Assembly: GCA_965199955.1 (NCBI GenBank)
Contig: CBDATQ010000001.1
Coordinates: 1,472,001 to 1,536,000 of the forward strand
Direction: 5' to 3'
Source of the DNA: Spirochaetia bacterium
GTDB lineage: Bacteria; Spirochaetota; Spirochaetia; SZUA-6; Bin103
Length of the DNA: 64,000 nt
The translations under genes and the position numbers were made by a program. The notes below the pieces were generated by a model. That model ran no database searches, was not told the DNA's origin, and was given only the letters and a program-made list of their open reading frames with translations. Each line of letters starts with the position of its first letter. Positions within the stretch are counted from its first letter, which is position 1. Of this stretch, positions 19,858 to 29,268 are shown piece by piece.

Positions 19858-20170
19858 GCTCACCAACGGGTTGCTGCTCACGCAAGTGGAGATGACGACC
19901 ACGGATCACGAACGCGTTGCCATGCTTCTCGGGGTGGCCCGCTGTGCGGACTGGAACTCGCGTTTGTCTCGATGGAATCCGCATGGAGCCAACGAAAAGA
20001 GCGAGCAGGTGTTCAGCAATCAAGCCCTTAATACGCTGGACAGCTACGCTGGCCGATCTTTGGGCAGCCTCGACACAACGTGGAAGATTCGTTTTGTCAG
20101 CGAGCGAGTGAAATCAGGTTGCGTCCAGCCGGTCGACGCGCGAAGTCTTCGCAGCATTGCAGACATCTGG
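19858..20170 (+). pseudogene. Internal fragment of a DUF1156 adenine-specific DNA methyltransferase
   Basis: RCADWNSRLSRWN...EKSEQVFSNQALNTL resembles DUF1156 methylases; begins abruptly at the IS66 end. Confidence 0.6.
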
Positions 20171-20177
20171 CTCACCG

Positions 20178-21570
20178 ATCTGCCCGCGCTGCGTCGGTAT
20201 CGTCTCCACGGGATTGATCATACGCGGCTCCGGCGTGGTGGATTGGCTGGCGGACATGCGCTTCGAGTGCGTCATGCCGGGTCAGGTGGGCAGCGCGCAA
20301 CCGAACAACCTGTTGCGCTTCCTGCGGCGCATCTCGATGCGCACGAAGAGCCCTGCTGCTCGCCACCGCCACGCCGGTACAACTGCATCCCATCGAGGCG
20401 TTCGACCTCTTGGAGGCGCTGGCGCAGGGTTCGGACGCGGTGCTGGGTTCCGCCGGCAGCCGCTGGCGTCAGCGGCAGCCGTCCCTCGACCTGCTGCTGG
20501 GCAAAGCCCCGCTGCCGACCGGGTTCCACGAGCGTTGGGACTGGCTGCGCAATCCGCTGCCGCCGCGCTCGGAAGGGAAGGACTTTCAGATTCTACGCCA
20601 CTCGCTGTCGCTGTCGGACCAGGATGCCTACACGCTGGGGAGCGCGGTGGACAAGCTGCGCCCGCCGGACCGACAGCGCATCGAGGATGGATTCGGGCGG
20701 TTCATCGAGCATCACAACCCATACCTTCGCAGCATCATCCTGCGTACCCGCGAGTACCTCGAAACGACGGCCGATCCGGAGACCGGCGAGCCCTACCTGA
20801 CGCCCGTACGCGTCCGACTCCGCGGCGAAGCGCCCGCCGATGCGATCACGCTGCCGCCGTTCCTCCAAGACGCCTACGAACACGCCGAGGAGTTCTGCCG
20901 GTTGCTCGGCCGGCGAGCGAACGCCGGCCTGTTCCGCACCATGCTGCTCCGCCGCCTGGGCAGCACAATCGAGGCGGGCCGCCTCATCGTGGGCCGGATT
21001 CTCGACGGCTGGCACGACCATGACGACGAAGAGGAGGACGAAGACGGCGATGCTCAACTTCGCGCGCTGACCGACGCGGAACGGGGAGTGCTGATCAGGC
21101 TCGCGGAGGGGATGGAGGCGAACCTGGAGCGGGATCCGAAGTTGGCCGCCGTCGCGCGCTTGCTCGTCGATGACGGCTGGCTCGATCGCGGATGCATCGT
21201 TGGAATCCGTCCCGCCTCGAACAGCGCAAGGGACGCATTCAGCGCATCGGACAGGTCCGGCCGGAAGTCGACGTGTACAACATGCGCTACGCCGGGTCGG
21301 TCGAGGATCGCGTGCACGAGCTCCTGTCCGAGCGGCTGGAGAGCATCTCTCGCCTGTTCGGCCAGTTGCCCGACACGCTGGAAGACGTATGGGTGCAGGT
21401 CGCGCTGGGTCAGGCGGAAAACGCGAAGCGAACCATCGACGCCGTCCCGCAGAAGCACCCTTTCGAGCTTCGCTACCGCGAAGTCCGCCACGTCGACTGG
21501 GAGTCGTGCGCGCGCGTGCTCGACGACGCGGCGCGGCGTGAGGCCCTGGCGCGTGGCTGGCAATCCGCTA
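20178..21570 (+). pseudogene. SNF2-type helicase of the PLD-helicase anti-phage family, multiply deleted
   Basis: GIVSTGLI, LLLATATPVQLHPIEAFDLL (motif III), LLRRLGS, WNPSRLEQRKGRIQRIGQ (motif VI), SVEDRVH; frame breaks near 20350 and 21200. Confidence 0.75.
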
Positions 21571-21795
21571 GTCAGCCGGGATGCCGGGTAGACGTGACCC
21601 GATCGTCGTACACTGCAGGCGCCGCCGTCAGCGCCAGTGGGCGGACACCATCGTCATCTGGGCCGGCACGCCCCTGAAGCACCGCGTCTCCAAGCACTTC
21701 GAGGGCGGGGGAGACGACTGGGTGATCACCGTCGGCCGGCGCGGCATCGCGGCGCTGGCCGAGACGGTCATCGCGTACCTATCCTGACTCCGCGC

Positions 21796-22236
21796 ATGTC
21801 GGTCCTGCTGGTCGTCGTGGTCGCCGCCGCCGCGGTGGGAGGCGTCTCGTTCCTGTTGAAGTTCATGCTCACCAGAGGGATCCGCCACGTCGAGAAGGTG
21901 ATCAACACCGCGATCGCCGACACGACCGACATCGTCAACGACCAGGCGCTGCCCGAGCGGTGGCACCGTGAGGTGACGCGGTCGGTGCGGCGCCACCCCG
22001 ACCCGCGCCGCGGCGAGGCCGCGAAGCGGCTGGTCCTGCAACGGCTGGACCGGTTGATCGCGCAGGTGGAGCGCGGCACCGTCATGCAGGGGGAGACGCG
22101 GGACTTCGCGATGGAGCGGCTGTGCGAAGTCCGCGAGCGCTGGGCGGAACTCGGCTGGCCGGAGATCGCGGCGGCCGTCGCACCGCGGTCGTCCGCCGAG
22201 CCTGAGGAGGGGGATGGGCCGGAAGGCGAGCCGTAG
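21796..22236 (+). CDS. Hypothetical membrane-anchored protein
   Basis: N-terminal hydrophobic stretch VLLVVVVAAAAVGGVSFLL followed by a helical domain; codon usage fits the host. Confidence 0.55.
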   Translation: MSVLLVVVVAAAAVGGVSFLLKFMLTRGIRHVEKVINTAIADTTDIVNDQALPERWHREVTRSVRRHPDPRRGEAAKRLVLQRLDRLIAQVERGTVMQGETRDFAMERLCEVRERWAELGWPEIAAAVAPRSSAEPEEGDGPEGEP

Positions 22237-22247
22237 GCGGAAGTCGC

Positions 22248-22913
22248 TCAGCCGACCGGCAGTCCCGTGGGACGGCACGTCGGCGGCGTCGACCGCGGAT
22301 CGTAGATGACCCAGGCTGTGTGCGGGCCCTGCCGCACGCCCGATTGCAGAGCTTCCTCGATCCCCGGTATGTTGCTGTTGGCGAGCGAGCAAGAGGTTGA
22401 ACCGTTGCAGGTTGTACGCAGTGACCGGCCTGTCGGCCGCGTTCGTGCTTCTTGGAGCGTGTATGATTGGGGGGAAAAGCACGCCGACTTCGGATCCTTT
22501 TACTTTGAACAACGCGACTGTAACCGACGACGTGCTCACCGTCAGCGTGTCGTATGGTGGTGGCTGCCGGGATCACGAGTTCCATCTTCACAAGGCCGAC
22601 AGGTTCATGGAGTCGGACCCGGTCCAACTCGGGATTGCCGTCATACATGATGGCAACGGGGACCGTTGTGAAGCATGGATAACCGAACAGCACTCGTTCG
22701 ATCTCAGCGAGATCAAAGCGCAGTGGCGAGACGCCTACCGGCGCGAGTCAGGCAGTGTACAATTGCGTCTCAGGGATGCTGTCGGCGACGAAGCGCTCCT
22801 CTATCGATTCTGATCTGCTGAGCACGGATCGACCCGTAAACTCGCGCCGGTCTCAAAGCCGGACGATGCAGCAGCTTAGCTGACCGGCAGTCCCAGGGCC
22901 GGCACGCCGGCGG
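22248..22913. repeat. Imperfect ~40-bp direct repeat (22248-22287 and 22876-22913) duplicating the 3' end of the GHL10-like gene
   Basis: TCAGCCGACCGGCAGTCCCGTGGGACGGCACGTCGGCGG versus TTAGCTGACCGGCAGTCCCAGGGCCGGCACGCCGGCGG. Confidence 0.75.
22397..22813 (+). CDS. Putative lipoprotein (NigD-C-like small beta domain)
   Basis: Signal peptide with lipobox LLGAC; SYGGGC..H.F, FMESDPVQ, DRCEA; visibly more AT-rich than the flanks. Confidence 0.65.
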   Translation: MNRCRLYAVTGLSAAFVLLGACMIGGKSTPTSDPFTLNNATVTDDVLTVSVSYGGGCRDHEFHLHKADRFMESDPVQLGIAVIHDGNGDRCEAWITEQHSFDLSEIKAQWRDAYRRESGSVQLRLRDAVGDEALLYRF

Positions 22914-24555
22914 TGGCGCCGTGCGCCGGCAGCCTGCCGATGCGGGTGCCCTCGTAGCCGATCTCCAGCTCCGCGTCCTCCACGGTCAGCGGCAGCTCGT
23001 CCGCGGTGCGCTGGTTGCGCCGGCTGGCGCGCACCGTGAAACGGTTCACCCCGGCGCGCGGCGGCGTCGCGCGCAGATCGTAGATGAACCAGGCCGTCCG
23101 CGGGTCCTGCCGTACGCCCGGCTCCATCGGATTGGCCAACGGCAGCGTCCTGGCACCTTCCGGGCCCTCCATGCGCACCTCCAGCTCGTCCGCGATCGTC
23201 GGGTTGGCCACGTGCAGGAGCAGGCGCACCGAGTGGACCACGTCCCCCGCTCCGGCCACGTCATCGACGATGTCGAAGGTCAGCGGCGCCGGATCGCCGG
23301 TGATGGTCAGGGGCAGAGAGCGCTCGGTTTCCAGGCAGTTGGGAAACGACGACGTCGAACGCATCATCAGGTAGCGCTTGTCCCGGTAGCGCAGCCGCTC
23401 GGGATCGGCGATCTCGTCGAGCGCGGGCACCAGGTCCTGGTCATAGGTCGGCAGGGTCCCGAACCAGTTGAACACGTACAGGCCGTCGACGCCCGCGCGG
23501 TGGTGGCGCGCGGCCATGCCGCGCACCATGTCGAGCGACATCGGCGTCATCAGCGGCGGGTCGTACCACCAGCGGTTGTGGCCGTCGTTGTGGCCGGCCA
23601 TGTAGCCCTCCTCGATCGCGGCCAGCAGGTGCACGGGCGAGTTCCCGGCGCGCGCCACCCACTCGGCCGCGTCGTGCTCGAAGTCCTGCGGGAAAAACGG
23701 CGAGGTCACCACGATGTCGACCAGGTGGTCGTCGATCCAGTCCTCGATGTCGATCCCCAGACGGCGGGTGCCGTCCAGCGTGGGGGGCAGGCGCACGGCG
23801 AGCCCGATCTCCCGGCCCTTGGTCCGCCCGATCTCGTCCAGTCCGGCGCGCGTCTCGCGCACCATCTGCGTCAGCAGGTGGGCGTTGCGCCGCTCGTCGC
23901 CGAAGCGGAAGTAGCCGGGGATGCGGATGAAGTCGAACACGAACCCCGCGCAGTCGTACCGCTCGCACACCTCCAGGGCGATGTCGCGCCGCAGGGCGCG
24001 CACCTCCTCGTGCGCGAAGTCCTGCATCCAGGTCAGGGCCGACTGGGTCGCGGGGTGGTCCTTCCAGCCGGCGGCCCCCTCCTCGCCGATCAGGAGGTCG
24101 GTACGCTCCTCGTAGAAGCGGCTGCCGCCGAGCCGGTAGACCTTGCCGTCGGACACGTGATGCCAGTCGTTCATGCTCAGGCGGAACCAGAAGTCGATGC
24201 CCAGGCGCTCTGCCGCCTCCACCTGCAGGCCGAGCGGGTCGTGCCCGGCCGCCCAGGTCCGCTTCAGGTTCTCGGCGTGGCGCCAGTAGCGGACGTCGCC
24301 GAGCGTGGCGCCGCGCTCGTAGCGCTCCACCAGGTACTCCATCCGCGTCTTCTGCGAAGGGAACGCGGTGACGTAACCGGCGTCGGGGCCGATCCCCTCC
24401 GTACAGGCGTCCACCGGGGTCCCCACGAAATAGCCGAGGTGTCCGGCCCCGTGCATCTCCGGCGCCATCGGCGGGTTGTACATGGACTCGTAGGGGTGGT
24501 TCTGGTCCCACATGATGCGGTAGCGGCGCGCGAGCCGCCCGGCCGGTTTCTTCAT
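22876..24555 (-). CDS. GHL10-like TIM-barrel protein, paralog 3
   Basis: Start MKKPAGRLARRYRIMWDQN at 24555 with GGAGGAG RBS; LSMNDWHH, YDCAGFVFDFIR, IEEGY, GLYVFNW. Confidence 0.65.
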   Translation of the reverse strand: MKKPAGRLARRYRIMWDQNHPYESMYNPPMAPEMHGAGHLGYFVGTPVDACTEGIGPDAGYVTAFPSQKTRMEYLVERYERGATLGDVRYWRHAENLKRTWAAGHDPLGLQVEAAERLGIDFWFRLSMNDWHHVSDGKVYRLGGSRFYEERTDLLIGEEGAAGWKDHPATQSALTWMQDFAHEEVRALRRDIALEVCERYDCAGFVFDFIRIPGYFRFGDERRNAHLLTQMVRETRAGLDEIGRTKGREIGLAVRLPPTLDGTRRLGIDIEDWIDDHLVDIVVTSPFFPQDFEHDAAEWVARAGNSPVHLLAAIEEGYMAGHNDGHNRWWYDPPLMTPMSLDMVRGMAARHHRAGVDGLYVFNWFGTLPTYDQDLVPALDEIADPERLRYRDKRYLMMRSTSSFPNCLETERSLPLTITGDPAPLTFDIVDDVAGAGDVVHSVRLLLHVANPTIADELEVRMEGPEGARTLPLANPMEPGVRQDPRTAWFIYDLRATPPRAGVNRFTVRASRRNQRTADELPLTVEDAELEIGYEGTRIGRLPAHGATAGVPALGLPVS

Positions 24556-24686
24556 TCGTTCTCCTCCCCTGCGGGCCGCATTGCAGTGCAACCGTAGCCG
24601 CACGGCGGCTTGCCGGTCGAGTTGCCCTCGTCCGGGGCCTCCTGCATCATCGGCCGTGCTGCCGGCAGACGGAGGTGACACGGCCC

Positions 24687-25601
24687 ATGAAGAGGACGCC
24701 CGACGGACTGATTCCGATCGTCGACACCCACCAGCATCTCTGGGACCTGGAGCGGCTGAACCCGCCGTGGCTGAGCCAGACACCGCCCGTGATGCAGCAG
24801 AGCTACACCATCGGCACCTACCTGCGTGAGGCGCGAGGCACCGGCATCGAGCGGGCGGTCTACATGGAAGTCGACGTGGCCATGTCCGACCGGCCGCTCG
24901 AGCGCGAGCTGGTCGCCGGGCTGTGCCTGCGGCCTGAGGTGCCGACCGCTGCCGCGGTGTTCTCCGGCTCGGTCGACTCCCCCGATTTCGCGAACGAGCT
25001 CGCGGCCATACGGCAGCAGGAGTCGTGCCGCGGCATCCGTCACCTCCTGCACCCTCCGACCACCGCGCCCGGCACGCTGCTCTCGGACGGATTCGCCGCC
25101 GGGTTGGCGCTGCTGGCGGATGCGGGCCTGCTGTTCGACATCTGCATCCGGCCGCGCGAGCTTGCCGATGCCGTGCAGGTCGCGCGGCGCTGTCCACGGA
25201 ACACCTTCATCGTCGATCACTGCGGCAACGCCGATCCCCTGGTGGTCTCCGGAAAGACCGGGCCGTCGGACGACGAGGTGTACGGCCACGACCGTCAGCA
25301 GTGGCTGGACGACATGGCCGCGCTGGGCGCCCAAGGCAACGCGATCTGCAAGATCTCCGGCATCGTGGCGCGCGGCGGGCCGGGCTGGACGGCGGAGGAC
25401 GTGGCGCCGGCCGTCGATCACTGCATCGACTGCTTCGGCGAGGACCGCATCGTGTTCGGCAGCGACTGGCCGGTGTGCGTGCCCACCAGCCCGTTGGCGG
25501 GCTGGGTCACCGCGTTGCGGAAGATCGTCGGCCGGCGGCCGGAGCGGCTGCAGCACAAGCTGCTGCACGGGAACGCCGAGCGCATCTACCGTCTTCGGTG
25601 A
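24687..25601 (+). CDS. Amidohydrolase_2-family protein (sugar-lactonase-like)
   Basis: IVDTHQHLWD, GIRHLL, IVDHCGN, CKISG, FGSDWPV; GGAGGTGA RBS. Confidence 0.85.
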   Translation: MKRTPDGLIPIVDTHQHLWDLERLNPPWLSQTPPVMQQSYTIGTYLREARGTGIERAVYMEVDVAMSDRPLERELVAGLCLRPEVPTAAAVFSGSVDSPDFANELAAIRQQESCRGIRHLLHPPTTAPGTLLSDGFAAGLALLADAGLLFDICIRPRELADAVQVARRCPRNTFIVDHCGNADPLVVSGKTGPSDDEVYGHDRQQWLDDMAALGAQGNAICKISGIVARGGPGWTAEDVAPAVDHCIDCFGEDRIVFGSDWPVCVPTSPLAGWVTALRKIVGRRPERLQHKLLHGNAERIYRLR

Positions 25602-25617
25602 TCCGCGGGCGGCCGGG

Positions 25618-27015
25618 GTGATCGAAGCGGAGCGTCACCGGATCCGCGCCGAGCTGCTGGCCGCTGCCCCCGGGCACGTGCTCGCGGCGGTCGAGGCCCA
25701 TACCGCCGAGGTTCGGCGCACGCTTGCCCGATCCGCGCCCGCCACGCAGGACGCGGTGCTCGCCGGGGTCGCCGCGCTGGCCATCGATCTGCGCTCGGAG
25801 TGGATGCTGTGGGCACGCCATCCGGGAGATGAGGCAGGCGAGGCCGCGGCGGCCGCGTCGCACCATTTGTGCCGGTTGCTCTACGGGAACGGACGCTCGG
25901 ACCTGAGCGACGCGGTGCGCTCGGAGGCCGCGTCAATCCAGGCGAGCAATCTGGCGCGTCTGGCGCGCATGACCGCCGCGGGCAAGCGCGCAAACCCCTG
26001 GGGCAACGACTCGCCGCAGGAGCTCGGCTGGGCGCTGCGGCGGGGCGCGGTGCTGGTGACCACCAACCCGATCATGATCGACGCGGCGTGCCGCGCAGCG
26101 CCGGAGCGGTGGGAACCGGTGCGGCACACGATCGTCACGGACACCGCGATCGAGCCCGGGCACCGGTCTGTCGAGCTCACCCTGCGCGTGGTCGCCGGCG
26201 TCGCCCGCGAGCTGCGGCCGATCTTCGCTGCGAGCGCCGGCGCGTACGGCTGGGTTACGTATCAGGTCGACCCGCGCGCTGCCGGCGATGCCGCGTCGAT
26301 GATCGACGAGGCGACGTACGTGCACGATCGCCTGTCGGCCGAGCTCGGCGTCACGCCCAACGTGCGCTTCAAGCTGCCGGGGACCGAGGCGAGTCTTGAC
26401 GCCTGCGCCGTCCTGGCCGCACGGGCGATCGGCCTGGTGATCACCGCGAGCTGCGCGGTCGCGCAGCACCTGGCGTTCGCGGAAGTGCTGGAGCGGAGCG
26501 CACCGGATGCGCGCACCGGGCCGGCCGGGCTGCTGGTGATGATGAACGGCCGGCTCGACGAGACGGTCGCCGCCGAACTGGCAGCGACCGGCGACCCGGA
26601 CCCGGAATCGGTCGCCCGGTGGGCGAGCGCGGCGATCACGCGCCGCTCGTACGCCCTGCTCCGCGAACGCGGCTGTCGCCGCTCCGCGTTGCTGGTCGCA
26701 TCCATGCGCGGGCCGTGGAACATCGACACCGCGATCACCGCCGGCCCGGAGCCGGTGTACTTGTCCTGCTTCCCGGACCGGGCGCGCGCCTACGACGCCG
26801 AGCCGCGCCCGCTCGACGCCGGCATCGACGATCGGGTCGGCGGTGACACCCTGGACCGGCTGGCGCGCAGCCGCAGCTTCCGGCTGGCCTTCGAGCCGGA
26901 GGCGATGCGGCCGGCGCGGTTCGCAGACCACCCGACGGTCGCCGTCACCCTCACGTCGTTCGCTGCGGCCCGCGATGGGCTCGATCGCTACACCATGAGC
27001 CCGACGCGGGTTTGA
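25618..27015 (+). CDS. Transaldolase-family protein, divergent, with N-terminal extension
   Basis: WGNDS, VTTNP, VTYQVDP, VRFKLPGT (Schiff-base Lys), LLVASMR. GTG start is approximate. Confidence 0.75.
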   Translation: MIEAERHRIRAELLAAAPGHVLAAVEAHTAEVRRTLARSAPATQDAVLAGVAALAIDLRSEWMLWARHPGDEAGEAAAAASHHLCRLLYGNGRSDLSDAVRSEAASIQASNLARLARMTAAGKRANPWGNDSPQELGWALRRGAVLVTTNPIMIDAACRAAPERWEPVRHTIVTDTAIEPGHRSVELTLRVVAGVARELRPIFAASAGAYGWVTYQVDPRAAGDAASMIDEATYVHDRLSAELGVTPNVRFKLPGTEASLDACAVLAARAIGLVITASCAVAQHLAFAEVLERSAPDARTGPAGLLVMMNGRLDETVAAELAATGDPDPESVARWASAAITRRSYALLRERGCRRSALLVASMRGPWNIDTAITAGPEPVYLSCFPDRARAYDAEPRPLDAGIDDRVGGDTLDRLARSRSFRLAFEPEAMRPARFADHPTVAVTLTSFAAARDGLDRYTMSPTRV

Positions 27016-27052
27016 CCGGCGGCGCGACCGCCGACCATCATCCGCTCTGAAC

Positions 27053-28036
27053 ATGGGGTCCTACATCATCCGGCGCCTGTTGATCATGATCCCGACGGTG
27101 GCGCTGATCGCGGTGCTCACCTTCATCGTGGTGGAGCTTCCGCCCGGCGACTACGCCAGCCGGGTGGCCGAGGCGATGGAGCAGCGCGGGGAAAACATCG
27201 ACATGGAGTACATCCAGGCGATCCGCGAGCTGTATCGGCTGGACGACCCGACGTTCGTGCGCTTCTTCAGATGGCTGGGCGGTTTCATGACCGGCGACAT
27301 GGGCTACTCGATCGAATACCGCATGCCGGTGAGGAACGTGTTCCGGGACCGCTTTCCCATCACGATCCTGCTGTCGATCGCATCGATGCTGTTCACCTGG
27401 GCGGTGGCGTTCCCGATCGGCCTCTATTCGGCGGTGCGCCAATACTCGTTCGGCGACTACTTCTGGAGCGTGGTCGGCTTTATCGGGCTGTCGGTCCCCA
27501 ACTTCCTGCTGGCGCTGGTGCTGATGTTCTACTCGGCCAAGTACTTCGGCGGCGCCATCGGCGGCCTGTTCTCGAAGGAGTTCGAAGATGCCGCCTGGAG
27601 CATCCCAAAGGTCGTGAACCTGATAAAGAACCTGGCGATCCCCGTGATCGTCATCGGCACGGCCAGCACCGCGGGGCTGATCCGCATTCTGCGCGCCAAC
27701 CTGCTCGACGAGCTGAAGCGGCCCTACGTCGAGCTGGCGCGCGCCAAGGGCCTCACCGAGCGGCGCCTGATCGTCAAGTACCCGTTGCGCATCGCGATCA
27801 ACCCGTTCCTGTCGGGCGCCGGCAGCATCCTGCCGGGGCTGATCTCGGGCGCCGTGATCACGGAGATCGTACTCGACCTGCCGGCCATGGGGCCGGTTTT
27901 CCTGCGCGCGATCCGCGCGGAGGATATGCAGTTGGTCTCGAGCTACATGCTGATCCTCGGGATCCTCACCGTCATCGGCACGCTGCTCTCGGACCTGTTG
28001 CTTGCGGTGGCCGACCCGCGGATTCGCTATGAGTAG
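27053..28036 (+). CDS. ABC transporter permease (OppB/DppB-like)
   Basis: YIIRRLL, PPGD, GDMGYS, YVELARAKGL (EAA loop), ADPRIRYE. Confidence 0.92.
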   Translation: MGSYIIRRLLIMIPTVALIAVLTFIVVELPPGDYASRVAEAMEQRGENIDMEYIQAIRELYRLDDPTFVRFFRWLGGFMTGDMGYSIEYRMPVRNVFRDRFPITILLSIASMLFTWAVAFPIGLYSAVRQYSFGDYFWSVVGFIGLSVPNFLLALVLMFYSAKYFGGAIGGLFSKEFEDAAWSIPKVVNLIKNLAIPVIVIGTASTAGLIRILRANLLDELKRPYVELARAKGLTERRLIVKYPLRIAINPFLSGAGSILPGLISGAVITEIVLDLPAMGPVFLRAIRAEDMQLVSSYMLILGILTVIGTLLSDLLLAVADPRIRYE

Positions 28037-29171
28037 CGCCCCGGCCGACGCTCTGGCGCCCGTGGCGCCCGAGCGCCAGGTCTACGACGCCAGCCAGTGG
28101 AAGCTGATGCGGATCGCCTTCTTCAAGCACCGGCTGGCGGTGGCCGGAGCGGTGATCGTGGCCCTGGGGTACTTCACTCTGGCTTTTGCCGAGTTCCTGG
28201 CTCCCTACGACCCGACGCGTAGCGCCTACGTGTCGCCGATGCAGTCCAATCAGCTCATTCCGCCCAGGCTGCCGCGCATCCTCAGCCCGGAGGGCGTGCT
28301 CACGTGGCCGTACGTGCATCCGCTCGTCGAGGCGCGCGATCCGGTGACCCTGCGCGTCGCCTACGTGGAGGATCGCAGCGTCAGCTATCCGATCCGCCTG
28401 TTCGTCCATGGCGAGCCCTACAAGATGTGGGGGCTCTTCTGGTCCGACGTGCACCTGTGGGGGGTGGACGGCGACACGCGTCTGAACCTCCTGGGCACCG
28501 ACCAGAAGGCGCGGGACGTGTTCTCGAGGGTGCTGTGGGGTACGCGCATCTCGCTCAGCATCGGGCTGCTGGGGGTGCTGGTCACCTTCTTCCTGGCGAT
28601 CATCCTGGGCACCGTGTCCGGGTATTACTCGGGAGCGGTCGACACGCTGATCCAGCGCGTGATCGAGGTGATCGTCAGCGTGCCGACGCTGCCGCTGTGG
28701 ATGGTGCTGACGGTGGCCATCCCGCTGAACTGGCCGCTGGAGCGGGTGTTCTTCGCCATCACCCTGATCCTGGCGCTGCTCTCCTGGCCGGGGCTGGCGC
28801 GAACGGTGCGCGGCAAGGTGCTGGCGCTGCGGGAGGCCGACTACGCGATCGCCGCCCAGCTCGACAACGGGTCCACCAGCCGGGTGATGTTCGCGCACGT
28901 GATTCCCGGGGTGATGAGCCACCTGATCGCGTCGCTCACCCTGTCGATCCCCGGCATGATCCTGGGAGAGACCGCCCTGAGCTTCCTGGGGCTGGGGCTC
29001 CACGAGCCGGTGATAAGCTGGGGAGTGATGCTGCAGGACGCACAGCAGCTCCGCACCATCCTGTTCGCTCCGTGGCTGCTCTGGCCGGTGGCGGCCGTGG
29101 TGTTCTTCATCCTGGCCTTCAACTTCATGGGCGACGGCCTGCGCGACGCCGCCGACCCCTACAAGTCGTAG
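28029..29171 (+). CDS. ABC transporter permease (OppC/DppC-like)
   Basis: LLGTDQKARDVFSR, ILGETALSFLGLG, GDGLRDAADP. Confidence 0.92.
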   Translation: MSSAPADALAPVAPERQVYDASQWKLMRIAFFKHRLAVAGAVIVALGYFTLAFAEFLAPYDPTRSAYVSPMQSNQLIPPRLPRILSPEGVLTWPYVHPLVEARDPVTLRVAYVEDRSVSYPIRLFVHGEPYKMWGLFWSDVHLWGVDGDTRLNLLGTDQKARDVFSRVLWGTRISLSIGLLGVLVTFFLAIILGTVSGYYSGAVDTLIQRVIEVIVSVPTLPLWMVLTVAIPLNWPLERVFFAITLILALLSWPGLARTVRGKVLALREADYAIAAQLDNGSTSRVMFAHVIPGVMSHLIASLTLSIPGMILGETALSFLGLGLHEPVISWGVMLQDAQQLRTILFAPWLLWPVAAVVFFILAFNFMGDGLRDAADPYKS

Positions 29172-29197
29172 GGCAAGTCGTACGGCAAGTCGCAGGG
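29162..29197. repeat. Three near-identical 12-bp tandem units spanning the permease stop codon
   Basis: CAAGTCGTAGGG / CAAGTCGTACGG / CAAGTCGCAGGG. Confidence 0.85.
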
Positions 29198-29268
29198 TCC
29201 GAGCTTGCGCGCCGGACCGCGCGGCACGTACCATCACGCATCCACACCAACCGACAAGGAAGGACCGA

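Noticed and set aside
21581..21787. 68-aa ORF after the helicase relic
   Set aside because: Probably the tail of another deleted gene, but no family could be assigned.
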